In this document: piece by piece, positions 28,402 to 42,358 of the stretch
How positions within the stretch are numbered: position 1 is the stretch's first letter
Layout: every line of letters starts with the position of its first letter
NCBI RefSeq assembly: GCF_006345805.1
Contig: NC_043020.1
Coordinates: forward strand, 2,294,001-2,358,000
Length of the DNA: 64,000 bases
Origin: Octopus sinensis
Taxonomy: Eukaryota
Direction: 5' to 3'
Made by a program: the position numbers and the translations under genes
Notes under the pieces: model-generated
Databases searched by the model: none
Told to the model about the DNA's origin: nothing
What the model saw: the letters and a program-made list of their open reading frames with translations, nothing else

Positions 28402-28620
28402 CCCTTTTGTTACCATATTTCTGTTAACATATTCTGCCATTGTTTCACTTAATTTTTAAGATAATGAAGTATTTAGTAAAATATCTTTCTAATATTTGAG
28501 CTGGGGCCTGGAGCAATCTAGCATAAAATTTTGATGGAAGATTATAATTTAAATCACTTTAAACAATAAGTTTATGTCAAAGAACCTGGAGTGGTTTCAG
28601 GCAGGTTGGTATCAAAAGGT
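28402..28620. mobile_element. piggyBac-like MITE, diverged relative of 47574-47793
   Basis: TTAA|CCCTTTTGTTACC ... GGTATCAAAAGGT|TTAA; internal similarity (ataaa...tttgatggaagatt). Confidence 0.75.
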
Positions 28621-28764
28621 TTAATTAAAATAAGCTTCTTCTTTAATTATTACGAGCTTCTGTATAATTTTAAAATTATTCTATGTAATGGTCGTGTGGT
28701 TAAGAAAATTGCTTCTCAGTCTTATGGGTTTTCAGTTCAGTCCCACTGCATGGCACTTTGCTCA

Positions 28765-29175
28765 GTGGTCAGAGTGAATGACCATCTCCTAGAGCCATTT
28801 CGTATCACATGCTTGATCTGTCTGGTTTTTCTCTTCTATATGTACTGGCTCCATTGCTGCAGATGCTAGAACTGTTGAAGAGCATCTTTTTTGAGCAGGG
28901 ATGCAGGAGGTCTGTGTCAGCATATGTAGATGACATCTCTTTCTTGGTATCATCTGTATATGGGTGACATCAGACACGACAGAATTGGAGATGTCAGCAT
29001 CATTCCAAGAAAATACAAGGAGATAGCAGGAGCAGGAATAAATCTAGACGAGTTGGTGAGCCAGCAGCTTGGCACCCAGAGAGGCAAGTTTGTGTCACTG
29101 AACGGTGCTGTAGGTATCTGGACAGACAGACAGGGTAAATTACTTGGGGCCTAATTCAGTTCAGATCTTCAAATA
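28765..29175 (+). pseudogene. L1/Tx1-clade LINE reverse transcriptase fragment
   Basis: VRVNDHLLEPFRIT..., VSAYVDDISFLVS (YADD-like), YKEIAGAGINLD; frameshifted. Confidence 0.7.
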
Positions 29176-29964
29176 GGGACTGGACTGTTATTAACAGGGT
29201 GGCTAGCCCCACCTAGCAATGAGCTCAGAGGAAGCTATTTCTGGGTGGGGTTATTTCTAGGTCCAGCTGGGGTGGTAAATGCATATATTATCTCTGTCGC
29301 AATTTACCATCTGACCATCATGCCTTGCTCAGTTCTTAACTGACCAGATTGGAGCATCCATGGTCAGCCAATCCATCTATTGATAGCACTTTCTAGAACA
29401 GGCATGTGAAACACACAGCCCATGGGATGCCGGCAGCCCATGTGACCTGTCAGTGGTGTAGGTAGAGGCTTAAAAATGGAGAACTGAAAAAAATTTTCAT
29501 AAGAAAAATAATTAATAATAATTTAATTAAGAAAAATAGGATTATTGATGAGGAAATTAAAGGCTTTCAAAGATTTTTACTTAATCATAAAGAATCAATA
29601 TGATGGGAATCTTTGTTGTAAACATGTGTTTAAAAATATACAGACCCCCCATGGCAACACACATGTGAGCAATGCAGCCCATAGAGAATCTGCTGTTTGA
29701 CGTGCCATGGATGCTGATACACAGAATCCCTTTGAGATTTTTCCACCAACAGAGATTCCAAGATGGTGTACAGATATGATCTCCATTTGTAAGACAGGTA
29801 TTTCCACAGATTATCTCTTGGACAGAGCTGCAGTCCAAGGTCAAGGAAACCCCCCAAGATTGGGTGCTTTGCATGTGGAATTTTGTGTCAAGTGCTCAGT
29901 AGTGTCTACCAGTCAGGGAAGAGAGTTGGCAGAAGTTCCACTTTAGCAATATATATATATATAC

Positions 29965-30240
29965 TAGCATCGCCTTACTGGCACTTATGCTGGTGGCACA
30001 TGTAAAAACATTCAAGCGAGGTCGTTGCCAGTACTGCCTGACTGGTCCCCATGCTGGTGGCACGTAAAAAGCACCCACTACACTACAGTGGTTGGCATTA
30101 GGAAGGGCATCCAGCTGTAGAATCTCTGCCAGATCAAGATTGAAGCCTGGTGCAGCCATCCGGTTCGCCAGCCCTCAGTCAAATCATCCAACCCATGGTA
30201 GCATGGAAAGTAGACGTTAAATGATGATGATGATGATGAT
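29965..30240 (+). mobile_element. Repeat family C copy
   Basis: Same consensus, with (GAT)n tail. Confidence 0.7.
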
Positions 30241-31757
30241 ATATATAGATATATACATATATATATATATATCTATATATATATATATGCACACAGAAGA
30301 CTAGTGTTGGATTAGAGTGAAGACATCCTTGGGGAAACTCAAGAGACTGACCTGATGTTGCTAAGCATCCTATTTGGGGTAACATCCTGAAGTGAGTCAG
30401 TGTGAGTTTGAGCGACTGTATTGATATGAGTGAGCATGTTAGCATGACTGAGTGTGAGTGTAAAGTGAGTTTGTGAGCATGAGTATGTGATGAGTGAGTG
30501 TATGAGGGAGAGGTAAAGGGAAAAGGCCACTCAGAAGGTTCTTCCTTACTCACATGACTAAATATTCAGAAGAGAAGGCAGGGCTTTAAGTAGGAAGCAA
30601 GAAATCAATTTTCGGATAAAGAAACCTTGAGATCTCCACATTTGGAAGTTTAGCAGAACCCTCTTAAATCAAGCCCTCACACTACATCCCCCATCTAGTC
30701 CTAACAAGGAACCTACGTAATCTAAGGTGAACCCTCTTCACACCACCACCACCAACAACAACACTACCACCACCACCACTACCACTACCACCACCTTTGC
30801 CGCTGCCACCACTAGCAGCCACAAATGCCAAAGATAAGAGATAGGATTATTGGATCTCTTGGTAGTAGTGTTAGTGGTGGTGGTGCACCTGGTGGCGCAG
30901 GTGGTGGTGTTAGCAGTAGTGAAGGTGGTGGTGGTGATGGTAGTGCTACTTACAGTAATGGTGGTGGTGGTGGTGGTGGTAAGAGTGGAGAATCCAAAAT
31001 GATAATGCAGCAGAAAACAAACAAACAACATGAAACAAGTATTAACAGTTAAACAAAGAATAATGATGATGATGATGATGAGTAGGAAGGTGGTGAGGAT
31101 GGTGGTGGCAGTGGTGATGATGATGATGAGGAGAAGGAGGGGGGAGGAAGATGGGAGGCGGAGGAGGGATGAAGGGGGAGTATGAGGAGAGGGGGAGGAG
31201 GGAGAATAAGAGGAGGGGAGTGGGTGAGGAGAGGGGCAGAAGGGAGGAGCAGGGGAGGGAGGAAGGGGTTGTGATAAGGTGGACAACGACAATGATGACA
31301 ATGGTGGCGGGATGGGGCAGCGATGACAACGACGATGACAATGATGATGATGATGAGAAAGAAGAGGGTGGTAGTGATGGTGATGATCATGATGATGATG
31401 ATGCGGATGATGCAAATGAAAGGAGGACAAAGAGGAGAACAAGTACAGAAAGAAAGAAAAGAAGAAAGTAACAAGAAACAAAGAGACTCTTGAAGGAAGA
31501 TGATAAGAGGGTTGTTTGCGAGTCAAGAGTCAGCATCCGTACTTTGATGATAACCTCCGTAATGAATCTAGGGATGAGAACATTTCTGCAGATATATATA
31601 CATACATATATATATACTAAATATATATACATAGATATGTATATATATACATACATATATATGTATGTATGTATGTATAAATATATACATGTGCATGCCT
31701 CTGTGTGTTTGTGTATACACACACACATATATGTATATATATGTATCTTTACATATT

Positions 31758-31803
<46 letters not shown>

Positions 31804-31812
31804 CATATATAG

Positions 31813-31859
<47 letters not shown>

Positions 31860-31903
31860 TACATATATACATTTATATATATACATATATACACACACAC
31901 ATC

Positions 31904-31934
<31 letters not shown>

Positions 31935-33101
31935 TATTTACATATAAATATATATATATACATAAAGAGAAAGAGAGAGAGGGGAGATATATAGATGGAG
32001 ACACTGATGGATGGACGGGCAGACAGACAGATAGATCGATGGATAACAGTGAAAGAGAAAGGAGAGACGGAGAGAAAGGAGAGATGGAGAGAAAGAAAGA
32101 GATGGAGAGAAAGGAGAGAGAGAGAGACAAGCAACATGCATGCCCAGACACACGCAAATACAAATGTACAGACACAGATACATAGATACACAAATAAATA
32201 CATATGGAGACGCATGCATGGATATTAGAGAAAAGATATTATTTACAATACGTAAGTTTGGAGATCAATATTATGAAATGCAAAGTCACAAAATAATTTG
32301 CTATTTTTCTTTTTTTATGCTACAACTATTTTCATCGTGAAAATGGTTGCATACTGAAGGACAGTAGCAGGACAGGTATTTGAGCAGTGTGGGTGACAAC
32401 GCCTCTCATCCGCTCCTCCTACACACAGACACACACACATATATACATGATCAAACAGATTCCAAAGAGGCTGGTGTTTGTCTGCATCAGTAAGACTCAT
32501 ATTATATAGTAAAAACCGATAAAAAGTGCACAGAGAACTTGCGAGGTGGAGTGGAAAATCTAAGGTTTTAGAGTCTGATGATCCTCAGGGAAAAGGTGAA
32601 AGCAGAGATATTTATATGAATATATAATACGCTCATGCTGGTGACACACAAAATGCACTCATGCTGCTGCCATGTAAGATACTGCTGTGCCAATGCAACA
32701 TAAAATGCACTTGTGCCAGTGCCGCATAGAAGCACCTGTGTTGGTAGTGCATAAAAGCCACCCTGTACACTCAATGTTATGGAGGCCATTCAGTTGTAGA
32801 AACTATGCCAAAACAGACAATTGGAGTACAGACAAGTGTCATTCTGGCCAACCTGTCAGATCATCCACCCCATGCCAGTTTGGAAAGCATACATTAAACA
32901 ACGACGATGATGATGATATATATATATATATATCATCATCATCGTTTAATGCCTATTTTCCATACTGGCATGGGTTGGAGGGTTCGACTGGGGTCTGGGA
33001 AGCCAGGAGGCTTATTTCTGTGACTACTTTTATTATTATTATCATTATTACTATCATCATCATCATCAATATTATTATTATTATTATTATTATTGCTACC
33101 A

Positions 33102-33134
<33 letters not shown>

Positions 33135-33161
33135 TACTACTACTATCATCATCATCATCAA

Positions 33162-33196
<35 letters not shown>

Positions 33197-33778
33197 TATT
33201 ATTATTATTGCTACCATCATCATTATTATTATTATTATTATCATTATTACTATTATCATCATCATCAATATTATTATTATTATTGCTATTATTATTATTA
33301 TTATTATTATTATTACTACTACTACCATAATCATCATCATCAATATTATTATTATTATTATTATTATTATTATGTTGTTGTTTTTGTTGTTTAGCTTTTG
33401 ATTTATATTTGTGCAAGTTGATTCCAAGTCTGAAGCAGAGAACTCGAGAGACAAGTTAGACATTCAAGTTGGTATTATGACGAGAGTGCCATATTTTTGG
33501 CTCTGCACACAGAGTCTATTGTTTTGGAGAATGTCTGTCAAAACATAAGAAAATTAAAAGTTTCTTTTAAAAGTAATTTGATGATAAGATGAGAGTGTAA
33601 ATCTTAAGATGACAGCAAAAGGTGTTTGCCATTATGTACATTTAAAAGTGTTTTTCATAATGTTTATAGGCGAAAATGTTTTTGGAATCACAGAGACAAT
33701 AATATGTTTCTTAGGATATGAGCAGTGCCCAGGAGCAGCATTTTTGGAATTATTATTATTATGATTATTATGCTATTT

Positions 33779-34172
33779 TACTCTTTTACTTGTTTCTGTC
33801 ATTTGACTGTGGCCTTGCTGGAGCACTGCCTTTAGTCGAGTAAATCAACCCCAGGACTTATTCTTTGCAAGCCTACTACTTATTCTATCAGTCTCTCTTT
33901 TGCTGAACCGCTAAGTTACGGGAACGTAAATGCACCAGCACCGGTTGTCAAGCAATGTTGGGAGGACAAACACACACACACACACACATACATATATATA
34001 TATGCATATATACAAAGGGCTTCTTTCAGTTTCCAAATCCACTCACAAGGTTTTCGTTCGCCAGAGGCTATATAGTAGAAGACACTTGCCCAAGGTGCCA
34101 CGCAGTGTGACTGAACCTGGAACCATGTGGTTCGTAAGCAAGCTACTTACCACCCAGCCACTCCTACACCTA
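33779..34172 (-). mobile_element. SINE family A, full length
   Basis: Same consensus, reverse orientation. Confidence 0.8.
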
Positions 34173-34196
34173 AATGTTTATTATTATGATTATTAC

Positions 34197-34241
<45 letters not shown>

Positions 34242-35363
34242 GGTTGTGAACTGGCAGAATGTTTAGCAGTATTTCTGGGTCCTTAAGTTTTGAGTTCAAG
34301 TTCCCCTAAAGCCAACTTTGCCTTTCATCTTTTAGAGTCAATAAAATAAGGACCAGTTGAACACTAGGGGTCCATGTAATCAATGTCCCCCTCCCCACGA
34401 AATTGCTGACCTCACAATACAATACGTACAAGAATTATGAAGAAAAAAAAGTTCTGAGGTTGATTTGTTTGATTAAACATTTCAAGGCATTGCCCCAGCA
34501 TGGCCACTGTCCAACGATTAAAAGAAATAAAAGATAAACAAACTTCCAAGTACTGAAGTTTGTCATCTGAGGACCAGAAATGACAAAACCTGAATATTGA
34601 ATCTATCGACTCACACAAGACTCTGTACTGAATAAATATTATCAACCCAATCTACCTAAGGTGGTGCTCCAGCATGGCCACAGTCAAATGACTGAAACAA
34701 GAAAAAGAATATAATGACATATATTGCATTTTATTATTAATTTCCAAAAGTGATTCAGAAATTCCCAAGAAATACACTTTGTAATACCAAATTTAGTTAA
34801 TCACATTAGTCATACCAACCACTAAATGGAACATCCACCCAACCATCTTCACTACCCTCCATCCCTGGGTGGGTTGTGGGCCTAGAGTCCTCAAGCATCT
34901 CTTCTATAAGGTCCTATCAGAAGCAACTGTCATTAGATTTTCAAACTAGATTCCCAAGTGTGAGCAGCTTAGTCTTTGGATATTATCCAAATGCCATGCT
35001 CTTCGTCTACTCTAAGAACTTCTGCTGGTTGCCTCAGTTTCAAGAATCTGTTTTATGGTTCTTTCGTGCAAATTCTAATGATGTTGGCAGAATTGGAGCT
35101 GTGAGCTCTCATTGTGTAGAATTTGCAGCTTGACCTGGCAAGACACTCTGATCTCTGAACTATGACCCCCGCTATAGAACAAGGTTCGGTAAGGTAGCCT
35201 GCACACGTCACAATATGTATGCGAGGTGACGTAATGATTTATTTGGGCTTCTGGTTTGGCATATTGAAATTAATGAAAGGATTACAATAACGTTTGCTGA
35301 TTGACAACCGTAAAATGGAAGTACCAAGCTGTTGAATATTCTTGATAGATTCCTTCTGTCACA

Positions 35364-35399
<36 letters not shown>

Positions 35400-35754
35400 T
35401 ACACACACACACACACACACACACACCTGAAGTAGTTGTAAAAGTTTGAAATTTAGAATTTCACATACAGGTCTGTATTTGTATAACTTATTACATTTGT
35501 GCGTGCGTGTGTGTGTGCGTGTATGTGAGTATGTGTGGGGGTGTACGGGCATGTATATATTTACACACTATTACTTACAGCAATTTCAAGTTCTGTCATG
35601 GAAAACTATGCGTGTTTGTGTGTGAATACATGTGCATAGGTATTTATATATATTGGGTCATCCCATAAATAATGTGTTTTTTTTATAATTGGATAGATAG
35701 ACAGATAGAGAGAAAGGTAGATAGATAGATAGATAGATACACATATACATCTAT

Positions 35755-35786
<32 letters not shown>

Positions 35787-35794
35787 CATTCATA

Positions 35795-36140
35795 CAGTTG
35801 CAGCCAAAATGTTCAGAACGGCATTGTTTTCGTCAGAAAAGTAGGTATAAGTCTTTATTAAAGTTGTTCTATACTCTATAATTTTCACAGACAATAAATA
35901 CGATATTAATTGTTATTAACCGTTCTGATCATTTTGGCTGCCATGGGTTTTGCAGTAAATCACTAAATCATCCATAACTTTTGTATTATCTTCTCAAATT
36001 ACACCAAAATCTCAGACAATAACAAATAATATCGTATTTATTGTCAGTGAAAATTATAGTATATAAAACAACTTTAATAAAAAATTATACCTACTTTTCT
36101 GACGAAAACACTGCCATTCTGAACATTTTGGCCGCAACTG
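35795..36140. mobile_element. Tc1/mariner-type MITE, 346 bp
   Basis: TA|CAGTTGCAGCCAAAATGTTCAGAA ... TTCTGAACATTTTGGCCGCAACTG|TA; imperfect TIRs extend ~120 bp. Confidence 0.88.
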
Positions 36141-36437
36141 TACATACATATACATTCATACATATAAATAATTCATACAGGTGTGTATGTGTATGTGTGT
36201 ATAAAGGATAAAAATCTTTCCTAAGTCATTATAGACTCCTAGACCTGGTCTCCCGGATTCTGTGACATACATATTTAAAGCGCTGAATGGGGAAGCTAGT
36301 CTGTCCTAGGATTATTCCTTTTTACCCCATGAATGGACTGGAGCAACATGAGATTACAACACATTGCCTAGTTGAAGAACTGAAACCACAATCTTACAAT
36401 CATAAGTGCATCACACTTACCACTGAGCCATGTGCCT

Positions 36438-36467
<30 letters not shown>

Positions 36468-36471
<4 letters not shown>

Positions 36472-36776
36472 TAGAAAAAAACCACCTTTTATCAATTCAA
36501 AATGAACGATTAAATTATACCATCTAGAAAATTACATATAATAGAAATATTAAAATTAAAATAACAATAATATACCGATGATTAAGTAAATTGCAAAATA
36601 ATAATAAAAACGTATATATTTGGTATTTATATGTTTTTATTATTATTTTGCAATTTACTTAATCATTAGTATATTATTGTTATTTTAATTTTAATATTTC
36701 TATTATATGTAATTTTCTAGATGGTGTAATTTAATTGTTCATTTTGAATTGATAAAAGGTGTTTTTTTTTCTAATT
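36468..36776. repeat. ~310 bp AT-rich palindrome
   Basis: Arms aattagaaaaaaaccaccttttatcaattcaaaatgaac... and ...gttcattttgaattgataaaaggtgtttttttttctaatt; centre ~36622. Confidence 0.9.
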
Positions 36777-36784
36777 TTCATATA

Positions 36785-37146
36785 TACTCTTTTACTTGTT
36801 TCAGTCATTTGACTGTGGCCATGCTGGAGCACCGCCTTTAGTCGAGCAATCGACGCCAGGACTTATTCTTTGTAAGCCTAGTACTTATTCTATTGGTCTC
36901 TTTTGCCGAACCGCTAAGTTACGGGGAAGTAAACATGCCAGCATCAGTTGTCAAGCGATGTTGGGGGGACAAACACACACACATATATATATACAACGGG
37001 CTTCTTTCAGTTTCCGTCTACCAAACCCACTCACGAAGCTTTGGTCGAACCGAGGCTATAGTAGAAGACACTTGCCCAAGGTGCCACGCATTGAGACTGA
37101 ACCCGGAACCATGTGGTTGGTAAGCAAGCTACTTACCACACAGCCA
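36785..37146 (-). mobile_element. SINE family A, near full length
   Basis: Same consensus, reverse orientation. Confidence 0.8.
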
Positions 37147-37693
37147 TATATTTTGTGAAATTTGATTTAGTATTTCTAAACTGAATTTTTCCCTGTAAGT
37201 TAGGAATAATATTCCCTCAAATAATTATTATTATATATATATATAAGCACACTCACACAACTATATGCCAAAGTTGGGGCCAGATTTGTAGGGGTTACAA
37301 AAGAGTGCAACCAAGCAACCCTCTCCATACAATATTAATTATAACAAGTTATGAAATATTCTGACAGTTGAAACCTGGAACCTTTAGGCTGTGAAATTGG
37401 CAAACATGGGGAAGGTTGTTGTTGTTGTTGTTGTTGTTAGTGTAGCCATTACTATATTTGTTGCTGTTACCATAGATTCTACTATTGCTGTTCTTGCTGT
37501 TGTTGTTATTGTTGTTGCTGCTGTTGCTGTGATTAATGTTAATGTTATTGTTGTTTGTTTTATTTTGTGTGTTTTGTTTTATATTGTTTTAGTTTTTTTT
37601 TTTTTGAGGGGGTGGGCATGTTGCTTCGTTTTAGTTTGTATAGTAAGGAGGGAGGGAGGGAGGGGAAGGGAATATGCATTAAGAAACATTGGC

Positions 37694-37728
<35 letters not shown>

Positions 37729-37938
37729 TGCATGCATGTGCTTGTGTCTATTTGAGTGTGTATGTGTACGTGTGTTAGAGTATGTGTATAGGTGTGTGTG
37801 TGTGTGTGTGTGTGTGAGTGTGCCCAAGTGTGCTTGTGTGTCAGTCCGAGTGTGTAAGTGTATGTATGTGTGTCTCTGTGTTAGTGTGTGGTGTGTGTAT
37901 GTACTTATGTAATAGAAAGAGAAAGAGAGAGAGAGTGT

Positions 37939-37974
<36 letters not shown>

Positions 37975-38539
37975 ATGTGTGTGTGTGTGACTGTGCATGT
38001 GTGTGCTTGTCTGTCTGAGTATGCATAGGCATGTGTGCAAATATGAGTGTGTGCATGTGAATGTGTGTGTCTGTCTATTTGTGCATGCATGCATGTGTGT
38101 GTGTGTGTTACTGCATGTGAGGGTGTGTCTGTCCACGTATCCGTATACGTCTCTGTTGCGCCAACAAACTGCAAACAACAGTGTATTGTTTATGCTGTTA
38201 TCGTTGTGGTGGCAGTGGTAATATCAGTGGGGCCATGGTAGTGGTGGTGGTAGTGGTGGTGATGATGATAATGGCCCTTAAGGTCAATAACGGTGAGAGT
38301 GTGACAACGGTGATAACAGTTATAATGTTCCTGGTGGTGATAATAATGACAATGGTGATGTGATATATTGACAATAATGTTGATAATGGGGCCATAATAA
38401 CGATAATGTCTTCCACGCAAGTTTCCAGGTAACTCCATACTTCCAAATGGTTTCTTTCTACCCTAAAAAACTTAAAACACTTTAAGATGGATCAGAAATG
38501 AACATCAAAGTAAATTTCTTAGCCATTCAGCACACACAC

Positions 38540-38912
38540 ATGGCTGTGTGGTAAGTAGCTTGCTTATGAACCACATGGTTCCGGGTTCAGTCCCACTGCG
38601 TGGCACCTTGGGCAAGTGTCTTCTGCTATAGCCTTGGGCCGACCAAAGCCTTCTGAGTGGATTTGGTAGACGGAAACTGAAAGAAGCTCGTCGTATATAT
38701 GTATGTGTGTGTGTCTGTGTTTGTCCCCCAACATCGCTTGACAACCAATGCTGGTGTGTTTACGTCCCCGTAACTTAGCGGTTCGGCAAAAGAGACCGAT
38801 AAAATAAGTACTAGGCTTACAAAGAATAAGTCCTGGGGGCAATTTGCTCGACTAAAGTCGGTGCTCCAGCATGGCCACAGTCAAATGACTGAAACAAGTA
38901 AAAGAGTAGAAG
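38540..38912 (+). mobile_element. SINE family A, near full length
   Basis: Head tggctgtgtggtaagtagc through tail caagtaaaagagtag. Confidence 0.8.
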
Positions 38913-40197
38913 AGAGAGAGTATATATTTACTATATAAATGTGAGTGTATTTGGTTATGTATGTGCGTTTAGCTCTGAAAGGCTCTGGAATGAGGCATCT
39001 TCAAGAAAAACAAACTGATATTTGAAATCTGTGTCCATAAATAATAATAAAAAAAAATAATTTGCTACAGTCCAACCCATGCCAGCATGGAAAGCAGACA
39101 TTAAATGATGATGATAAGAAATAACTCTGCCACTCTCTATCTGTCACCATCAGTCTATCTCTGTTCAATTTCATTTTATGACAGCTATCGCATACAAATC
39201 TTGTTTTCTGATTGAGTACAAATGATCAAAATTTAAATCTCTGTAACATTTTTCTAAAATGTTTATTGAATAAATGAATGACAAGCTCAGATTCAGCATG
39301 AAAAACTACATCAATATAGCAAATTTGTAAATTTTCGCTGAATTTTAAAATTTCAAGATCTGTGACAGTAACAGAGAAGGTCTCTGTATTTGTCTATGTC
39401 CGCTTTCCATGCTGGTATTGGTTGGATGAGTTGACTGAGGACTGGGAAACCAGGCTCCAGTCTTGATCTGGCAGAGTTTCTACAGCTGGATGCCCTTCCT
39501 AATGCCAACCACTCCGAGAGTGTAGTGGGTGCTTTTACGTGCCACCGGCACGAGGGCCAGTCAGGCGGTACTGGCAATGGCCACACTCAAATGGTGTTTT
39601 ATATATATATATATATTCATATACATATATACACACACACACATACACACATAGGAGAACATAGTTGTAAAGCAAGGTGAAAAATAGCACCCAAATATCA
39701 AAAGGTAGACTCAATCATAGTGTTTTATTGAAGTAAAAAAATTCTTCACAGTTTGTGAAGTTTTTCAGCTTCTAAATATATATAGACACACAACAGGATT
39801 CATTCAGTTTCTGTCCATTAAATCTACATTTACTCACAAGGGACTAAAGTAGACAGCACGTTTGGGAATCGACATTCTTTATGACACAGCCATGCCTGTG
39901 CTTATATCAATACATACACACATATAAGTATGTATATACATCATCATAGTAATTTAATGCCCATTTTCCATGCTATAAATCTTTCACCTTTTTCCCTTCT
40001 CTATAAATATTTACTACACTCTCTGTCTGTCTTGAAGTGTATAGCTCACACTGAACATGTGTGTTTTTATCAGTGTGTGTGTGTGTGCATGTGTAAGGAG
40101 TTTCATTAGGGCAACAGGGTGATTCAAAAGAAGTATGTAAAGGATAATCTATTTTAATAGCATATTTTTCTCTTAGTAAAAATGCTTTTGCTTACAC

Positions 40198-40246
<49 letters not shown>

Positions 40247-40630
40247 GAGGCTCACTAGGTTCAGGATGGGGGGGGGTTAAAAGTTTAAATTACAACATTT
40301 TTTTTTGTCATTGCTTAAGTTCCAGCAATGGACCACCCCATCATCATTCCATAAAATGCTGTAATGGGGGCAAAAACATATAAAAGCATGAATACATGTG
40401 ACAAAGAAACAAGGAATGTACCAGGTGGTCGTGGGATGTGCTAAAAACAGAAGCAATAGCTAAAATCTCCCTTAAATCACATGCCATTTTTGCCTGAAAA
40501 TTATAGAATTATAAGCAGAAACAAATGGAACCGTGCGGCTGGGATGCGAGCTTCTTACCACAGAGCCAAGTCTGTACCGAAATAGTCTCAACAACAATAA
40601 AATACAATAAAAAAAACAGTAATAACCTAC

Positions 40631-40729
40631 CAACAAGATTAGATTTTGGGGTACACCATTTCAAAGTAACCGTATCTGTGGGTAACCCTTCTTTTGATGC
40701 AATTATGAGGCCTTCAGCGTGTCCACCTA
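40631..40729 (-). CDS. INTS13: INTS13 internal exon ((V)GGHAEGLIIASKEGLPTDTVTLKWCTPKSNLV), 96 or 99 bp depending on NAGNAG acceptor
   Basis: Acceptor ttttttgtcag/tag|GTGGAC, donor GTTG|gtaggt. TVTLKWCTP matches human ETITLKWCTPR. Phase 1-1, in frame with both neighbours. Confidence 0.92.
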
Positions 40730-41022
40730 CTGACAAAAAAAATAAGAGAAAGAAACAAAAACTACGGAAAAATTTAGAAATAAAATACAAAAATCAATAT
40801 CAACACTGTAAAGATAAATATTTAAAAAAATGATTTAATTCAATTGCTTTCATTTCTGTTCAATAAAATTTACTGTTGTATGATGACTATAAATTCTGTT
40901 TCGAGAATTTCTTGACTGCATAAAACAGAACACTAACAATTGGTAGGTTCTTCAAATAATAAGCTTGGTACTAATGATAATAATAAATAATAATAATAAA
41001 GTTTTTATTCTATAACAACATA

Positions 41023-41069
<47 letters not shown>

Positions 41070-41089
41070 TGATGATTTATAATAATAGG

Positions 41090-41765
41090 GTAGGGCAGTA
41101 TTTACATTGGAAAATATGTAAGCACTACAAAATCAGCACTCCTGCTTACTGGTATGAAGATCAACCTGAGCCCATCGCTGGAGGTAAAAATGTCTCTGTC
41201 TTCTGGGATTTTCCAGTCAGCACCGATGGAACAATGCAAGCTAAATGACCAGACATTATTATTAAAGGATGTGAGAGAAAATACTTGTTGACTTATAGGG
41301 GATAAAAATACATCTGTAAAGGAATTTGACAAATTAAGTAAATATAAGGAACTGGGAATTGAAATACAAAAGTTGTGGCATCTTTAAGCAAGAACTCTTT
41401 CTGTTATTGTAGGTGCCCTAGGGATGTCAGAAACATCTAAAAGTGATTTAAAACTGGAAACGGGGGCTCTAATCTGTGCTGCCCAAGAGCAAGCACTAAG
41501 AACAGACTACATAAAATACAGAATAGACAACACATCAGAAAGTGATAAGTGCAGAATCTGTGGACAAAACAGTGAAACTGTATTTCATATTACCAGCCAA
41601 TATATGCCACTAGCCCAGAAGGAATATCAGAGACGCTACAACAATATAGCCAGGCTTGTCCATTGGACACTCTGCAACAAGTATGGTCTTGACAGAGTGA
41701 AAAAGTGGTGCGAACATAAACCTGAAGGCATCGTCGAAAATAGAAATGCAAAGATCCTATGGGAC
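41090..41765 (+). pseudogene. R4/Dong-like (restriction-like endonuclease) LINE fragments
   Basis: 41100-41425: LHWKICKHY..WYEDQPEP..VFWDFPV..PDIIIKD..KLSKYKEL..VIVGALG. 41424-41765: LICAAQEQALRT..CRICGQNSETVFHITS..LVHWTLC..KILWD (zinc knuckle). Confidence 0.8.
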
Positions 41766-41909
41766 CTTTGCATTTCTATTTCTGGTGAGGTCAGCTTTAC
41801 CTTTCATAAGTACCAGTTGAACACTGGGGTCAATGTAGTAATTGACTTACCCCCTCCCCCAATGAAATTCCGGGCCAAAATTTGAAATTTAGGCTTATTC
41901 ATTTATTCA

Positions 41910-42147
41910 TTTACTTGTTTCAGTCATTTGACTGTAGCCATGCTGGAGCACCAACTTAAAAGGTTTTTAGTCAAAGAAATCAATCTCGGGACTTGTTATT
42001 TGTAACCCTAGTACTTCTATCAGTTTCTTTTGCTGAACATCACGGGGACATAAACACAGCAGCATTGGTTGTCAAGCAATGGTGGTGGGGGAGGGGGAAT
42101 ATACATGCACATCTAATTACATACATACATAATTACATACATACTTG

Positions 42148-42187
<40 letters not shown>

Positions 42188-42358
42188 TACATACACACAC
42201 ACACAATCGGTTTCTTTCAGTTTCCGTCTGCCAAATCCACTCACACAGCTTTGGTCAGCCCAAGTAAATGACACTTACCCTAGGTGCCACACGGTGAGAC
42301 TGAACCCGGAACCATATGGTTAGGAAGCAAACTTCTTACCACACAGTCATGCTTGTGC
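41910..42358 (-). mobile_element. SINE family A, diverged
   Basis: Same consensus, reverse orientation. Confidence 0.7.

Noticed and set aside
29600-29890. Possible LINE RT fragment on minus
   Set aside because: Only vague similarity; too degraded to call without a search.
32570-32615. CTGATGA...GAAA hammerhead-like string
   Set aside because: No UH site or closing helix I/III could be formed.
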